Shown: positions 25,921-40,813, numbered from the stretch's first letter. The stretch is DNA of 64,000 nucleotides from Eledone cirrhosa (GCA_964016885.1 OZ024754.1:10292001-10356000), one strand, 5' to 3'. Program-made: numbers and translations. The notes: generated by a model from the sequence alone, not told the origin.

Positions 25921-26900
25921 CCTCTATAGGCTACCATCTGTACCACCACCACCACCTCTATAGGCTACCATCTGTACCTCCACCACCACCACTATAGGCT
26001 ACTATCTGTACCTCCACCACCACCACCACCTCTATAGGCTACCATCTGTACCTCCACCACCACCTCTATAGGCTACCATCTGTACCTCCACCACCACCAC
26101 CTCTATAGGCTACCATCTGTACCTCCACCACCACCACCTCTATAGGCTACCATCTGTACCTCCCCCACCTCCACCACTATAGGCTACTATCTGTACCTCC
26201 ACCACCACCACCACCTCTATAGGCTACCATCTGTATCCACACCACCACCACCACCACCTCTATAGGCTACCATCTGTATCCACACCACCACCACCACCAC
26301 CTCTAAAGGCTACCATCTGTACCTCCACCACCACCACCACCTCTATAGGCTACCATCTGTACCTCCACCACCACCACCACCTCTATAGGCTACCATCTGT
26401 ACCTCCACCACCACCACCTCTATAGGCTACCATCTGTACCTCCACCACCACCACCACCACCTCTATAGGCTACCATCTGTACCTCCACCACCACCTCTAT
26501 AGGCTACCATCTGTATCTCCACCACCACCACCTCTATAGGCTACCATCTGTATCTCCACCACCACCACCTCTATAGGCTACCATCTGTACCTCCACCACC
26601 ACCACCTCTATAGGCTACCATCTGTATCTCCACCACCACCACCTCTATAGGCTACCATCTGTATCTCCACCACCACCACCTCTATAGGCTACCATCTGTA
26701 CCACCACCACCACCACCTCTATAGGCTACCATCTGTACCACCACCACCACCACCTCTATAGGCTACCATCTGTACCTCCACCACCACCACCTCTATAGGC
26801 TACCATCTGTACCTCCACCACCACCACCTCTATAGGCTACCATCTGTACCTCCACCACCACCACCACCACCTCTATAGGCTACCATCTGTACCTCCACCA
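25921..26900. repeat. Composite minisatellite: constant CCTCTATAGGCTACCATCTGTA plus variable (CCA)n, roughly 25 units
   Basis: Direct reading. Confidence 0.95.
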
Positions 26901-27052
26901 TCATCATCATCATCATCATCATTTCACTACCCCCCCCCCCTCCAATACTTGTTCTAACAAAATTCCATAAACTTGACAATATTCCATGAGTTGAGTATTT
27001 CTGGGGGAGGGAAGGATAGAGGGGAATGGTTTGTGTGTGTGTGTGTATATAC

Positions 27053-27100
<48 letters not shown>

Positions 27101-27126
27101 ATATACTTGTGTATGTGTGTATATAC

Positions 27127-27165
<39 letters not shown>

Positions 27166-27439
27166 CAAGTGTGACTTGGGTGTGTGTGTGTGTGTGGGCA
27201 CATATGACTGACTAATTATGTGTGTGCGTGACTGCGTACATGCGACTGTGTGCGTATGCAAGTGTCACTTTAGTGTGTGTGTGTGTGTGTATGCATGTCT
27301 GATTGTGAGAATGTGCATGCGTGAGCATATATGACTGTGTGTATACCTGTGTGATTGTGAGAATGTGTGTGTGCGTGTGTGTGAGAGAGCATGTGTGAGA
27401 AAGAGGAGAGGGAAACGGTTATCTATGTCTTAAGTGTTT

Positions 27440-27890
27440 GAGAGAGGGATGAGAGAGAGAGAAAGGAACAGAGAGAGAAGAGAGAGAGAAAGAGAGAGAG
27501 AGAAAGAGAGAGAGAGGGAGAGAGAAAGAGAGAGAGGGAGAGAGAAAGAGAGGGGGGGAGAAAGAGAGGGGGGGGGAGAAAGAGAGAGAGGGAGAGAAAG
27601 AGAGAGAGAGAAAGGAACAGAGAGAGAAAGGAACAGAGAGAGAAAGAGAAAGGAGAGAGAGAAAGAGAGATGAAGAGGGAGAGAGAGAAAGAGAGAGGGG
27701 GGGAGAGAGGGAGGGGGAGAGAGATAAAGAGAGAGAGGGGGAGAGAGATAAAGAGAGAGAGGGGGAGAGAGATGAAGAGAGAGAGAGTATTCATGTTATA
27801 GTTAGTGCAATGCACTCATGTGTGAACATGAGTGCATGTATGCACTTATTTGAACAAATGTGTAGACATCTGAGTGTGCATGCGTGTGTA

Positions 27891-27922
<32 letters not shown>

Positions 27923-28340
27923 TGTGTATGTGAGAGAGTGAGAGACAGTATGTGCAAGGACACACGCATACATATTTATGTAGTTGTATGTATACGTATG
28001 TCTATGTATGTCCATGTGTGTGTGAGTGTACAAGGACACACTAATATACTAGTGGAAATGTCTGCATTTGTGTACTTATGTGTGTGTGTGTGAGCATGTG
28101 TGTGTGTATGAGCATGTGTGTGTATGAGCATGTGTGTGTGTGTGTATGAGCATGTGTGTGTGTGAGCATGTGTGTGTGTGAGCATGTGTGTGTGAGCATG
28201 TGTGTATGAGCATGTGTGTGTGTGTATGAGCATGTGTGTGTGAGCATGTGTGTGAGCATGTGTGTGTGAGCGTGTGAGCATGTGTGTTTGTATGAGCATG
28301 TGTGTGAGCATGTGTGTGTGTGTGAACATGTGTGTGTGTG
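27440..28340. repeat. (GA)n and GAGCAT(GT)n compound repeats
   Basis: Direct reading. Confidence 0.9.
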
Positions 28341-29027
28341 CATAAATACATGTATACGCTAGCAGAAATGCCTGTGTGTGTGTACTTGTGAATGTATGTA
28401 TGTGTGTTAGAGAGAGAGAGAGACAGAGTCTGTGTGTGTGGGGGGGGGGGGGGCACCAGTATCAGTGGAAAGGGAAGAAGATAAGATCAGTAGATAGAAA
28501 GATAGACACAATCCCACTGAAAGAAGCTCCAATGCTCTACAGTTTAATGAACTCTCCTCCTCTAACACTCTTGTTACAAAACACAACTAATGATAAAAAC
28601 CAATAGAGAGAGAGAGAGAGACAGAGAAGATGGTTATAAATTTCTGACACCATTTTCGAGGTGAAAAGTAAAAACTCTGCTCTTCAATGTTCATCTGATC
28701 AGAATATCCTTTTTCTGAAAACTCATGAAGAGAATAAATGAAAAATGTTTCAATATGTTATATAGGAAAGGTTTCTTTCTTTACTTGGTCTTATCTTGGA
28801 GAATTGGAGAGAAAATATTCAAAAGAGAAACTAAAATATTTTCCCTAAAATTTACAAAATTTGCTGAAATAACACCTCTCTCTCTCTCTCTTTCTCTCTC
28901 TTATATATATATATATAAGAATTAAAATACTAGAGTGTGTTGGAGTTAAACACCCTCTTCATATTATAGAAATGACAGTATAAGATATAGCTCAATGTAA
29001 TTAAACAGAGCCGAAGAATTATAAAAT

Positions 29028-29057
<30 letters not shown>

Positions 29058-29058
<1 letters not shown>

Positions 29059-29303
29059 AGACACTTTATTTCACATTGCTCCAGTTTACTCAGCTGTAGA
29101 AATGAAATGATAGGGACTGGGGTCCATATCATTCCACTGCAAAGTGGTCGTGGAGGTGCCACGGCCAAAAAACACCCAGCACTCACTGTAAATGAGGTTG
29201 GTGTTAGGAAGGGCATCCAGCTGTAGAAATCAAAGCCAGAATCAGTTCCCGTCCCACTCTTGCAAGCAGGGAAAAGCGGACGTAAAATGAAATGATGAAA
29301 TGA

Positions 29304-29305
<2 letters not shown>
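29058..29305 (+). mobile_element. 5'-truncated CORE-like SINE with GGAAGGGCATCCAG block and GAT tail
   Basis: aagacactttatttcacattgctccag...gttaggaagggcatccagctgtagaa...ggacgtaaaatga. Confidence 0.75.
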
Positions 29306-29341
<36 letters not shown>

Positions 29342-29377
29342 CACACGCACAATTTCTCTTCCTAGCTCCAAGTTTGT

Positions 29378-29497
29378 TTAACCCTTTCAATAGAAATCCC
29401 ACCAGAGGCCGCCTGTGGTTCTGTGATATAGAAGTCCATTTTAAAATATTTATATCTAAATTAAAACCTTCCATCATAATTTCATCTATCATCATCG

Positions 29498-29532
<35 letters not shown>

Positions 29533-29641
29533 TTTTTAACACCAACCAATTTAACAAAAAAGTTATTTTATTAAACATTTTCAAAATTTTCATTATTTTC
29601 AACATTTGTTGAAACACCAGGAAAGGCTGTGAAAGGATTAA
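29378..29641. mobile_element. Second TTAA-CCC MITE family (decayed)
   Basis: TTAACCCTTTCA ... TGAAAGGATTAA; related ends near 21594-22013 and 36060. Confidence 0.5.
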
Positions 29642-29919
29642 CCCCTTTCTCTGCTTATCTCTCTAATAAACTCTAGGGTTTTTACACTGATTCTCAGCTA
29701 AACATACCATCTCTCTCTCTCTCTCAGTAAATGGAAACAACAAAGCAGACAACACAGTACAATGAAGAAATATATTAATTTAATGTTTAATATAGTAGGA
29801 GAGGAGTCTTTGTTTCAGACACTAGTCCTTCATCAGAATAGAGTATGAGAAATAAAAGATGAGATAGAAAGATAGAGAGTGAGAAGGAGGAACAGGGAAA
29901 ATAAGTTTTTTTAGAAGTA

Positions 29920-29942
29920 GCATGTGTGTGTGTGTGTGCCTG

Positions 29943-29982
<40 letters not shown>

Positions 29983-30062
29983 CATGTGTATGTATATATA
30001 TATATATATGTGTGTGTGTATGTGTGTGTGCATGTATATATATATGTGTGTGTGTGTGCATG

Positions 30063-30096
<34 letters not shown>

Positions 30097-30343
30097 TGTA
30101 TATATATGTGTATGTGTGCGTGTGCATGTATATATATATATATATATGTGTGCGTGTGCATGTATATATATATATATATGTGTGTATGTGTGTGTGCATG
30201 TATATATATGTGTGTGTGTGTGTGTGTATGTACATGTGTGTGTGTGTGTGTATGTACATATGTGTGTGTGTGTGTGCGCATGTATATATATGTGTGTATG
30301 TGTATATATATATGTGTGTGCGTGTATATATGTGTGCGTCCGC

Positions 30344-30390
<47 letters not shown>

Positions 30391-30709
30391 CGTGTGTGTA
30401 TGTGTGTATATATATATAGAGAGAGAGATAGGGGGAGAGAGAGAGATAGGGGGGGGAGAGAGATAGGGGGAGAAAGAGAGAGATAGGGGGAGAAGGGGGA
30501 AGATAGGGAGAGGGGGCGCTGATATTATTGTTTTACATCCAGTTTCCAAGCTGACATGGGCTAGGTGGGTTGTCATGGTGCAAAACGCAACATGTCAAAG
30601 AGACCCCATTTCACTTATACATTCCATATATATGAGTCTTGTTTGATGGTCCTGTGAATAAACTGGCAAAGTCCCAGCATAACAGGGCTCTGTCTTGACC
30701 CTTAATAAA

Positions 30710-30760
<51 letters not shown>

Positions 30761-30833
30761 ATAAATGTAAATATTCAGCCATGTAGAGCGAAAATTTTCT
30801 TTTTCTTTTTTATTTTATTTTTATATATATGTG

Positions 30834-30899
<66 letters not shown>

Positions 30900-30955
30900 C
30901 ATATATATATGTGTGTATATATATGTATATATATATGTATGTGTATATATATATG

Positions 30956-30986
<31 letters not shown>

Positions 30987-30989
30987 GTG

Positions 30990-31082
<93 letters not shown>

Positions 31083-31195
31083 ATATATATATATATGTGT
31101 ATATATATATATATATGTGTATATATATATATATATGTGTATATATATATATATATATATGTGTATATATATATATATATGTGTATATATATATA

Positions 31196-31265
<70 letters not shown>

Positions 31266-31365
31266 AATATATATATATATTCATACATATATATATTCAT
31301 ACACATATATATCTGTGTATATATATATATATATACATACAATATATATATCTGTATATGTGTAT
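29920..31365. repeat. (TA)n/(TG)n compound microsatellite fields
   Basis: Direct reading. Confidence 0.95.
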
Positions 31366-31530
31366 ATAAATAATTGTTTTCCCTGTAGTTTTATTCCACC
31401 CCTTTTTACTTTAACCTATTTTCTTTCTCTCTACCTCTTTAGTCCTTACACCTTACTCTCTTTCTCTCTCACTATAAACCCCTCTCTCTCTCTCTCTCTC
31501 TCTTTCACTCCCCCTCCCTATATATACACA

Positions 31531-31614
31531 CACAGAGTGTCCCCCAAAAATGTATAGACACTTCAACACAGCATTCTAAGAAAAGTGACTATACTATTTT
31601 GGGGACACCTTATA
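31531..31614. mobile_element. Tiny Tc1/mariner-like MITE relic
   Basis: gtgtcccccaaaaatgtata / tatactattttggggacacc imperfect TIRs. Confidence 0.5.
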
Positions 31615-32397
31615 CATACATAAGTGTGTGTGTGTGTGTGTGTGAGTGTTTATGTGTAGAGAGAGGGGGGGGGGGCAAACATCAGCAGCAGAGATGGGGG
31701 GGGGGGGGCAAACAGACGCAGAGAGGGGGAGGGGGTGGAATGAGTCACCAAAGTTGAGTAGTTATAGTTCTGCTACTGTCAACAATTATCAACAGGGGCA
31801 CTTTCTTCATACTGCAGCAGCAGCAGCACCACCACCACCAACAGTAGCACCAGCTGCACCATTACCACTAGCACCACTAGCACCACCACCAGCAGTAGCA
31901 CAACCACCACCACCACCACCACAGTCACTACTAGCACCACCAGTCACCACCACCACCACCACCACCACCACAACCTCCACCAGCAGCAGTAGTACCACCA
32001 CCACTAGCCCCACCACCACCACACCTCAACCGCAGTCCCCACCACCACCACAACCCACACCCCACCACCACTAGAACCACCACTACCAGCAACACCACCA
32101 CCACCACCACAACACCCCACCCCCAGTCCCCACCACCACCACCACCAGTCACCACCACAACCCACAACCACCACAACTACCACTAGAACCACCACTACCA
32201 GCACCACCACCACCACAACACCACCACCTCCACCAGATGCCAGAACCCAAGATTGAACTGCCATAAAGTCAAAAGATGAGAGAATAGAATAAAATAATAA
32301 TAAAAAAACCCAAAACACCAACATTTACCAAATGTCTACAGTTCTGTTCTGTCAGCCTCTCACATACAATATATCATGAGAAAGACCATGACTATAA

Positions 32398-33355
32398 ATC
32401 ATCATCATCTCTACACTACACCCTTCCACCACCACCACCATCATCTCTACACTACACCCTTCCACCACCACTGCCATCATCATCTCTACACCCCTCCACC
32501 ACCACCACCATCATCTCTACACCCTTCCACCACCACCATCATCATCATCTCTACACCCTTCCACCACCACCACCATCATCTCTACACCCTTCCACCACCA
32601 CCACCATCATCATCTCTACACCCTTCCACAACCACCACCATCATCATCTCTACACCCTTCCACCACCACCACCATCATCTCTACACCCTTCCACAACCAC
32701 CATCATCTCTACACCCTTCCACAACCACCACCATCATCATCTCTACACCCTTCCACCACCATCATCTCTACACCCTTCCACCACCACCATCATCTCTACA
32801 CCCTTCCACCACCACCACCATCATCATCTCTACACCCTTCCACAACCACCACCATCATCATCTCTACACCCTTCCACAACCACCACAACAATCATCTCTA
32901 CACCCTTCCACCACCATCATCTCTACACCCTTCCACCACCACAACCACCACCACAATCATCTCTACACCCTTCCACCACCACCACCATCATCATCTCTAC
33001 ACCCTTCCACAACCACCACCATCATCATCTCTACACCCTTCCACCACCACCATCATCTCTACACCCTTCCACAACCACCACCATCATCATCTCTACACCC
33101 TTCCACCACCATCATCTCTACACCCTTCCACCACCACCATCATCTCTACACCCTTCCACCACCACCATCATCTCTACACTCTTCCACCACCACCACCATC
33201 ATCATCTCTACACCCTTCTACAACCAACACCACAATCATCTCTACACCCTTCCACCACCACCATCATCTCTACACCCTTCCACAACCACCACCATCATCA
33301 TCTCTACACCCTTCCACAACCACCACCACAATCATCTCTACACCCTTCCACCACG
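32398..33355. repeat. Composite minisatellite CATCATCTCTACACCCTTCCAC plus variable (CAC)n
   Basis: Direct reading. Confidence 0.95.
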
Positions 33356-33529
33356 ACCATCATCATCAACACCCCCACCACTACTACCCACAGCAATCAC
33401 CAATGTCAGAACCTTCATCACCACAACAGTCATAAACCATCATTTGGAACCCCACTGTTATCATCTTCATCTTCATCAGTGTTGTCATCATCAGCATCAC
33501 CACATCCACACCTTCATAAAACATCCCTA

Positions 33530-34097
33530 ACACCACAACCATCATCACAACCTCATAGCATGATTACAACCTCGCAACCTCACAACATCATCAAAACCTC
33601 ACTCCATCATCACAACTTCACAACTTCATCACAACCTCACAACCTCATCAGACCTCACATCATCATCACAACCTCACAACATCACTACATCATCACAACC
33701 TCATCACAACCTCACAACCTCATCATGACCTCACATCATCATCACAACCTCACCATGACCTCACATCATCATCACAACCTCACAACCTCATCATGACCTC
33801 ACATCATCATCACAACCTCACAACATCACTCCACCATCACAACCTCACAACATCACTACATCATCACAACCTCACAACATCATCACAACCTCACAACCTC
33901 ATCATGACCTCACATCATCACAACCTCACAACATCACTCCATCATCACAACTTCACAACTTCATCACAACCTCACAACCTCATCATGACCTCACATCATC
34001 ATCACAACCTCACAACATCACTCCACCATCACAACCTCACTCCATCATCACAACGTCAGACCATCGTCACAACATCACTCCACCATCACAACCTCAC

Positions 34098-34135
<38 letters not shown>

Positions 34136-34255
34136 CAATGTCACAAGTAATCACAACATCACTCCACCATCACAACCTCACCATCATCATCATCATCACC
34201 ACCACAATGTCACAAGTCATCACAACCTCACACCATCATCACAACCTCACCATAA
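33530..34255. repeat. Degenerate CATCACAACCT repeat
   Basis: Direct reading. Confidence 0.9.
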
Positions 34256-34664
34256 GAATTCACAACAACCGCCATTACTTTACAAGCACAGCACCACACC
34301 ACAGTTCCTATTTCTAGCTAGGAACCCTTCCTTCACCCAGTCCCAAAAGAGCCCCAAAGTCCAGCTGCCCCCATTATTAGACAAATGTTTAACTTTCATC
34401 AATCTCCCCCACCCCACCTCACCCCTCTCTCTCTCAAGTGGGGTAATAGGTTGGGCTGTATTGATACCCATTGTCTCTGACCAATAAATCAGTGAAACCC
34501 CACCAATGTCCCTCTATACACTTCTATCATCATCATCATCACTATCAACAGGAGCTATGTCACAAGAGTTGTCTACCTATAGTACATAATGTCAATATAT
34601 ATTTACACACAATACACCAGTGCTTTGTCCTTCATTAAGTGTTGTTGTTGTTTCTGCTGTTAGC

Positions 34665-35970
34665 CATTCCAACTTAATCATGCTTTCTGATTTAGCCACA
34701 AGGCCAGAAATTACCCCAGTGCATTACTGGTACTTTATTTTATCGATCCCATAAGGATGAAAAGCAAAGTTAACCCCGGCGGGATTTGATATTAGACCGT
34801 AAAGAGCTGTAACTCTGTGCTGCAAAGCATGGCATCCGACCCTCTACCGATATTGCCATTATTCCAACTTAATTGTTTCTACTTTAGGCACAAGGCCAGC
34901 AATTACCCAGTACATTACTGGTACTTTACTTTATCAACCCCGTAAGGATGAAAGGCAAAGTCAACCTCGGCAGGATTTGAACTCAGATCGTAAAGGGACG
35001 TAACTCTATGCTGGAAAGTATGGCGTCCGACCCTCTACCGATACTGCCAATTCACCAATAATAGTTTCTGATTAAGGCACAAGTCCAGTAATTTTGGGGG
35101 GAGGGGCAACTGGATGAGATCGATCCTGGTGCATTACTGGTATTTTATTTTATCAATCCCATAAGGATGACAGGCAAAGTTAACCTCAGCCGAATTTGAA
35201 CTCAGAACGTAAAGGGACATAACTCTATACTGCTAACCATGGCACCCGACACTGTCAATCTACCTCCAGTTGAAATGGAGTATGTACGGAGTAGACATAC
35301 ATACTCCAAATTATTAATAATAATAATAATGGTTTCTACTTTTGGCACAAGGCCAGCAATTACCCCAGTGCATTACTGGTACTTTATTTTATCGATCCCG
35401 TAAGGATGAAAGGCAAAGTCAACCTCGGCGGGATTTGAACTCAGAATGGCAAGGGCCGTAACGCTATGCGTCAAAGCATGGCGTCCGACTCTCTGCCGAT
35501 ACTGCCAATCCACCGCCCTTACGGGATCGATAAAATAAAGTACCTGTAATACACTGAGGTAATTACTGGCCTCGTGCCTAAAGTAGAAACATTAATAATA
35601 ATAATAATGTTTCTACTTTCGGCACAAGGCCAGCAATTACCTCAGTACATTACTGGTACTTTACTTTATCGACCCCGTAAGGATGAAAGGCAAAGTTAAC
35701 CTCGGCGGGATTTGAACTCAGACCATAAAGGGCCAACTTAATAAAGGTTTCTGATATAGGCACAAGGCCAGCAATTTTGGGGGAGAGGAAAGTCGATTAA
35801 ATCTACCCCAGTGTGTGACTGGTACTTTATTTTAATGACCCCGTAAGATGAAAGGCAAAGCAAACCTCATCGGGACTTGAACTCAGATCATAAAGGGCCG
35901 TACTCCATGCCGCAAAGCATGGTGCCCTATGCTCTACCAATACTACCAATCCATCGCCCAACTTAATAAT
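34665..35970 (-). mobile_element. Cluster of about 7 Nin/Deu-like SINEs, one partial copy on +
   Basis: Repeated GGCACAAGGCCAGCAATT...AAGGATGAAAGGCAAAG...GGATTTGAACTCAG; plus-strand fragment at 35517-35592; duplicated ATTCCAACTTAAT and CCAACTTAATAA flanks. Confidence 0.9.
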
Positions 35971-36138
35971 GAGAAAAGATTTATATTATTAAATTCCTCA
36001 AAATTCTTGAAGATTTTAAAGAATTGCTTTGTGTTTCATTAGAAATAAGGTAATGAAAGGGTTAAGTCTCTTCGGAGAGGCATGAATATCACAAAATCAC
36101 ATTTCCATCTCTTGTTAAATCATCAAAAAATGATTGCT

Positions 36139-36331
36139 ACTGTAATAATTGTTTCTACTTTAGGCACAAGGGCAGCAATCACCCAGTGCATTACTGGTAC
36201 TTTATTTTATCGACCCCGTAAGGATGAAAGGCAAAGTCAACCTCGGCGGGATTTGAACTCAGATCGTAAAGGGACGTAACTATGCTACAAAGCATGGCGT
36301 CCGACTCTCTACCGATACTGACTGTAATAAT
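36139..36331 (-). mobile_element. SINE with 11-bp TSD ACTGTAATAAT
   Basis: TSD at 36139-36149 and 36321-36331. Confidence 0.9.
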
Positions 36332-36600
36332 AAGTGAAATTCCACACTGGAATAAAATGCGGGGTAGAAGGTTAGTGGCTAAATAATATATAAAATATGA
36401 GAAGAATGGAGGTATATATATGTATGTATGTATGTATGTATATGTATGTATGTGTATGTATATGTATGGATGGATGTATGGATGGATGGATGGGATTGTA
36501 TGCTGTGTGCAAGCATGCATTTTGTGTGGATATATGTGCCACTGTATGTATGTAATAATGTGTGTGTACATGAGTGCAGGTGTGTGTGTGCGCGTACATG

Positions 36601-36664
<64 letters not shown>

Positions 36665-37059
36665 CTATGCAAATACAGCAATAAATATTTTTGCCTCTAT
36701 GAATAAATAAATAAATAATCAAAGCAACACACATTTGCATGCAAGAACATTCCTCCCCCACACACACATCCCTCCCACATGCTCACACTCCACCCACACA
36801 TTACCCACACCCCCACACACACACCTCCCACACACCTTCCCCCAACCCCTCCCCCACAAGCATGTGCACAGGAAATTCAAAATATATACATTCTTTCGAA
36901 AAAGAAAAAAGAAAATTCTTTATTAATATTGTTGTTGTTGTTGTTGTTGTTACTATTTATAAATGACACACCTGTGTATTGTACACGTGTGTGTACACAT
37001 ACCTGAGTGTGTAGATGTGTGTGTGTGTGTTTGAGCATTACGTAAATACACACACAAAC

Positions 37060-37412
37060 ATGCACAAACACACACACTCACTCACATAAACATGCACACA
37101 CACACATAAACATGCAGACACACACACACACAGACACACATTCACATAAACATGCAGACACACACACACACTCACATAAACATGCACACACACAGACACA
37201 CATTCACATAAACATGCACACACACACAGACACACATTCACATAAACATGCACACACACACAGACACACATTCACATAAACATGCAGACACAGACACACA
37301 CTCACATAAACATGCAGACACACACACACAGACATACTCACACTCACATAAACATGCATAGAGACACACACACAAACACACACTCACATAAACATGCACA
37401 AACACACACTCA
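37060..37412. repeat. CACATAAACATGCA plus (CA)n composite repeat
   Basis: Direct reading. Confidence 0.9.
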
Positions 37413-37582
37413 CAGATAGGAAATTAAATTATGTGTGCACATTGTTGAAAACACAAACGTATAATGCACATACATATACACTCAGTCATATACATACATG
37501 CAGTGAATTAAATTCATATACATCAAAAGAAAAGATATATATGCAAGTGTGCATGAAGTGTTATGCATATGCACACGCACTA

Positions 37583-37637
<55 letters not shown>

Positions 37638-37915
37638 CTGATGCATACAGGCCTTTTAAAAAATGTATATTTGAAAAAAAAAAAAAAAAAATGAAAAAAC
37701 CCCAGTAAATAACAGATATAATAAAGAGATAGAAAAAAAGCCACACAAGCGTTCAGATAAGAGTGCAACATAACCAATGGTGGAGTGTGATGCATAACAT
37801 TGCGGGTTTTTACATGAAATTCTTACAAGTTAAGAATAAAAAATATTATTCGGAAATAAATTTGAACAAAATGGAAGAATAGAGAGCAAAGAAGGAAGAA
37901 AGTGTAGAGTTGTAT

Positions 37916-40208
37916 TGGTTGAGACTGAGGTATGTTGGTAAGACATCTTAAGAAGAGGTAATGGTTGTGACTGAGGTATGTTGGTAAGACATCTTAAGAG
38001 GTAATGGTTGTGACTGAGGTTTGTTGGTAAGACATCTTAAGAAGAGGTAATGGTTGTGACTGAGGTATGTTGGTAAGACATCTTAAGAGGTAATGGTTGT
38101 GACTGACGTTTGTTGGTAAGACATCTTAAGAGGTAATGGTTGAGACTGAGGTATGTTGGTAAGACATCTTAAGAAGAGGTAATGGTTATGACTGAGGTAT
38201 GTTGGTAAGATATCTTAAGAAGAGGTAATGGTTGTGACTGAGGTATGTTGGTAAGACATCTTAAGAGGTAATGGTTGAGACTGAGGTATGTTGGTAAGAC
38301 ATCTTAAGAAGAGGTAATGGTTGTGACTGAGGTATGTTGGTAAGATATCTTAAGAGGTAATGGTTGTGACTGAGGTATGTTGGTAAGACATCTTAAGAAG
38401 AGGTAATGGTTGTGACTGAGGTATGTTGGTAAGACATCTTAAGAGGTAATGGTTGTGACTGAGGTATGTTGGTAAGACATCTTAAGAAGAGGTAATGGTT
38501 GTGACTGAGGTATGTTGGTAAGACATCTTAAGAGGTAATGGTTGAGACTGAGGTTTGTTGGTAAGACATCTTAAGAAGAGGTAATGGTTGTGACTGAGGT
38601 ATGTTGGTTAGACATCTTAAGAGGTAATGGTTGTGACTGAGGTATGTTGGTAAGACATCTTAAGAAGAGGTAATGGTTGTGACTGAGGTATGTTGGTAAG
38701 ATATCTTAAGAAGAGGTAATGGTTGTGACTGAGGTATGTTGGTAAGACATCTTAAGAAGAGGTAATGGTTGTGACTGAGGTATGTTGGTAAGATATCTTA
38801 AGAGGTAATGGTTGTGACTGAGGTTTGTTGGTAAGATATCTTAAGAGGTAATGGTTGTGACTGAGGTATGTTGGTAAGACATCTTAAGAAGAGGTAATGG
38901 TTGTGACCGAGGTATGTTGGTAAGATATCTTAAGAGGTAATGGTTGTGACTGAGGTTTGTTGGTAAGACATCTTAAGAAGAGGTAATGGTTGTGACTGAG
39001 GTATGTTGGTAAGACATCTTAAGAGGTAATGGTTGTGACTGAGGTATGTTGGTAGGACATCTTAAGAGGTAATGGTTGTGACTGAGGTATGTTGGTAAGA
39101 CATCTTAAGAGGTAATGGTTGTGACTGAGGTTTGTTGGTAAGACATCTTAAGAAGAGGTAATGGTTGTGACTGAGGTATGTTGGTAAGATATCTTAAGAA
39201 GAGGTAATGGTTGTGACTGAGGTATGTTGGTAAGATATCTTAAGAAGAGGTAATGGTTGTGACTGAGGTATGTTGGTAAGATATCTTAAGAAGAGGTAAT
39301 GGTTGTGACTGAGGTATGTTGGTAAGATATCTTAAGAAGAGGTAATGGTTGAGACTGAGGTATGTTGGTAAGATATCTTAAGAAGAGGTAATGGTTGTGA
39401 CTGAGGTATGTTGGTAAGACACCTTAAGAAGAGGTAATGGTTGTGACTGAGGTATGTTGGTAAGATATCTTAAGAAGAGGTAATGGTTGTGACTGAGGTA
39501 TGTTGGTAAGACATCTTAAGAAGAGGTAATGGTTGTGACTGAGGTATGTTGGTAAGACATCTTAAGAAGAGGTAATGGTTGTGACTGAGGTATGTTGGTA
39601 AGATATCTTAAGAAGAGGTAATGGTTGTGACTGAGGTATGTTGGTAAGACATCTTAAGAAGAGGTAATGGTTGTGACTGAGGTATGTTGGTAAGACATCT
39701 TAAGAAGAGGTAATGGTTGTGACTGAGGTATGTTGGTAAGACATCTTAAGAAGAGGTAATGGTTGTGACTGAGGTATGTTGGTAAGACATCTTAAGAAGA
39801 GGTAATGGTTGTGACTGAGGTATGTTGGTAAGATATCTTAAGAAGAGGTAATGGTTGTGACTGAGGTATGTTGGTAAGACATCTTAAGAAGAGGTAATGG
39901 TTGTGACTGAGGTATGTTGGTAAGACATCTTAAGAAGAGGTAATGGTTGTGACTGAGGTATGTTGGTAAGACATCTTAAGAAGAGGTAATGGTTGTGACT
40001 GAGGTATGTTGGTAAGACATCTTAAGAAGAGGTAATGGTTGTGACTGAGGTATGTTGGTAAGATATCTTAAGAAGAGGTAATGGTTGTGACTGAGGTATG
40101 TTGGTAAGACATCTTAAGAGGTAATGGTTGTGACTGAGGTATGTTGGTAAGACATCTTAAGAAGAGGTAATGGTTGTGACTGAGGTATGTTGGTAAGACA
40201 TCTTAAGA
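37916..40208. repeat. 43/46-bp minisatellite, about 50 copies
   Basis: GTAATGGTTGTGACTGAGGTATGTTGGTAAGAYATCTTAAG(AAG)AG. Confidence 0.97.
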
Positions 40209-40319
40209 TAGAATATAATTGTTTCTACTTTTGGCACAAGGCCAGCAATTATCCCAGTGCATTACTGGTACTTTATTTTATCGACCCCGTAAGGATGAAA
40301 GGCAAAGATAGAATATAAT
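40205..40319 (-). mobile_element. 5'-truncated SINE with 15-bp TSD AAGATAGAATATAAT
   Basis: TSD at 40205-40219 and 40305-40319. Confidence 0.9.
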
Positions 40320-40384
40320 AATAATAAAAACCATTATTACAATATGAGTGTAGGAGGGAAAGGGAGAGATAGAATGTAATAAGA

Positions 40385-40509
40385 CATACAGATACACAGA
40401 TACACATACACAGATGCACATACAGATACATACACACACACACATATATACAGATGCACACACACACACACACAGAGATGCACACACACATACACACATA
40501 CATACAGAT

Positions 40510-40556
<47 letters not shown>

Positions 40557-40616
40557 TGCACACACACACACACACAGAGATGCACACACACACACACACA
40601 TACATACATACAGATG

Positions 40617-40648
<32 letters not shown>

Positions 40649-40701
40649 GATGCACACACACACACAGAGATACACACACACACACATACATACATACAGA
40701 T

Positions 40702-40742
<41 letters not shown>

Positions 40743-40767
40743 GATGCACACACACACATACACAGAT

Positions 40768-40813
<46 letters not shown>

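Noticed and set aside
25921-26900. CRISPR-like repeat/spacer appearance
   Set aside because: Spacers are (CCA)n, there are no cas genes, and the context is eukaryotic
29800-29850. CUGAUGA...GAAA on the minus strand with 4-bp stem II
   Set aside because: No stem I or stem III partner found downstream; at best a dead relic
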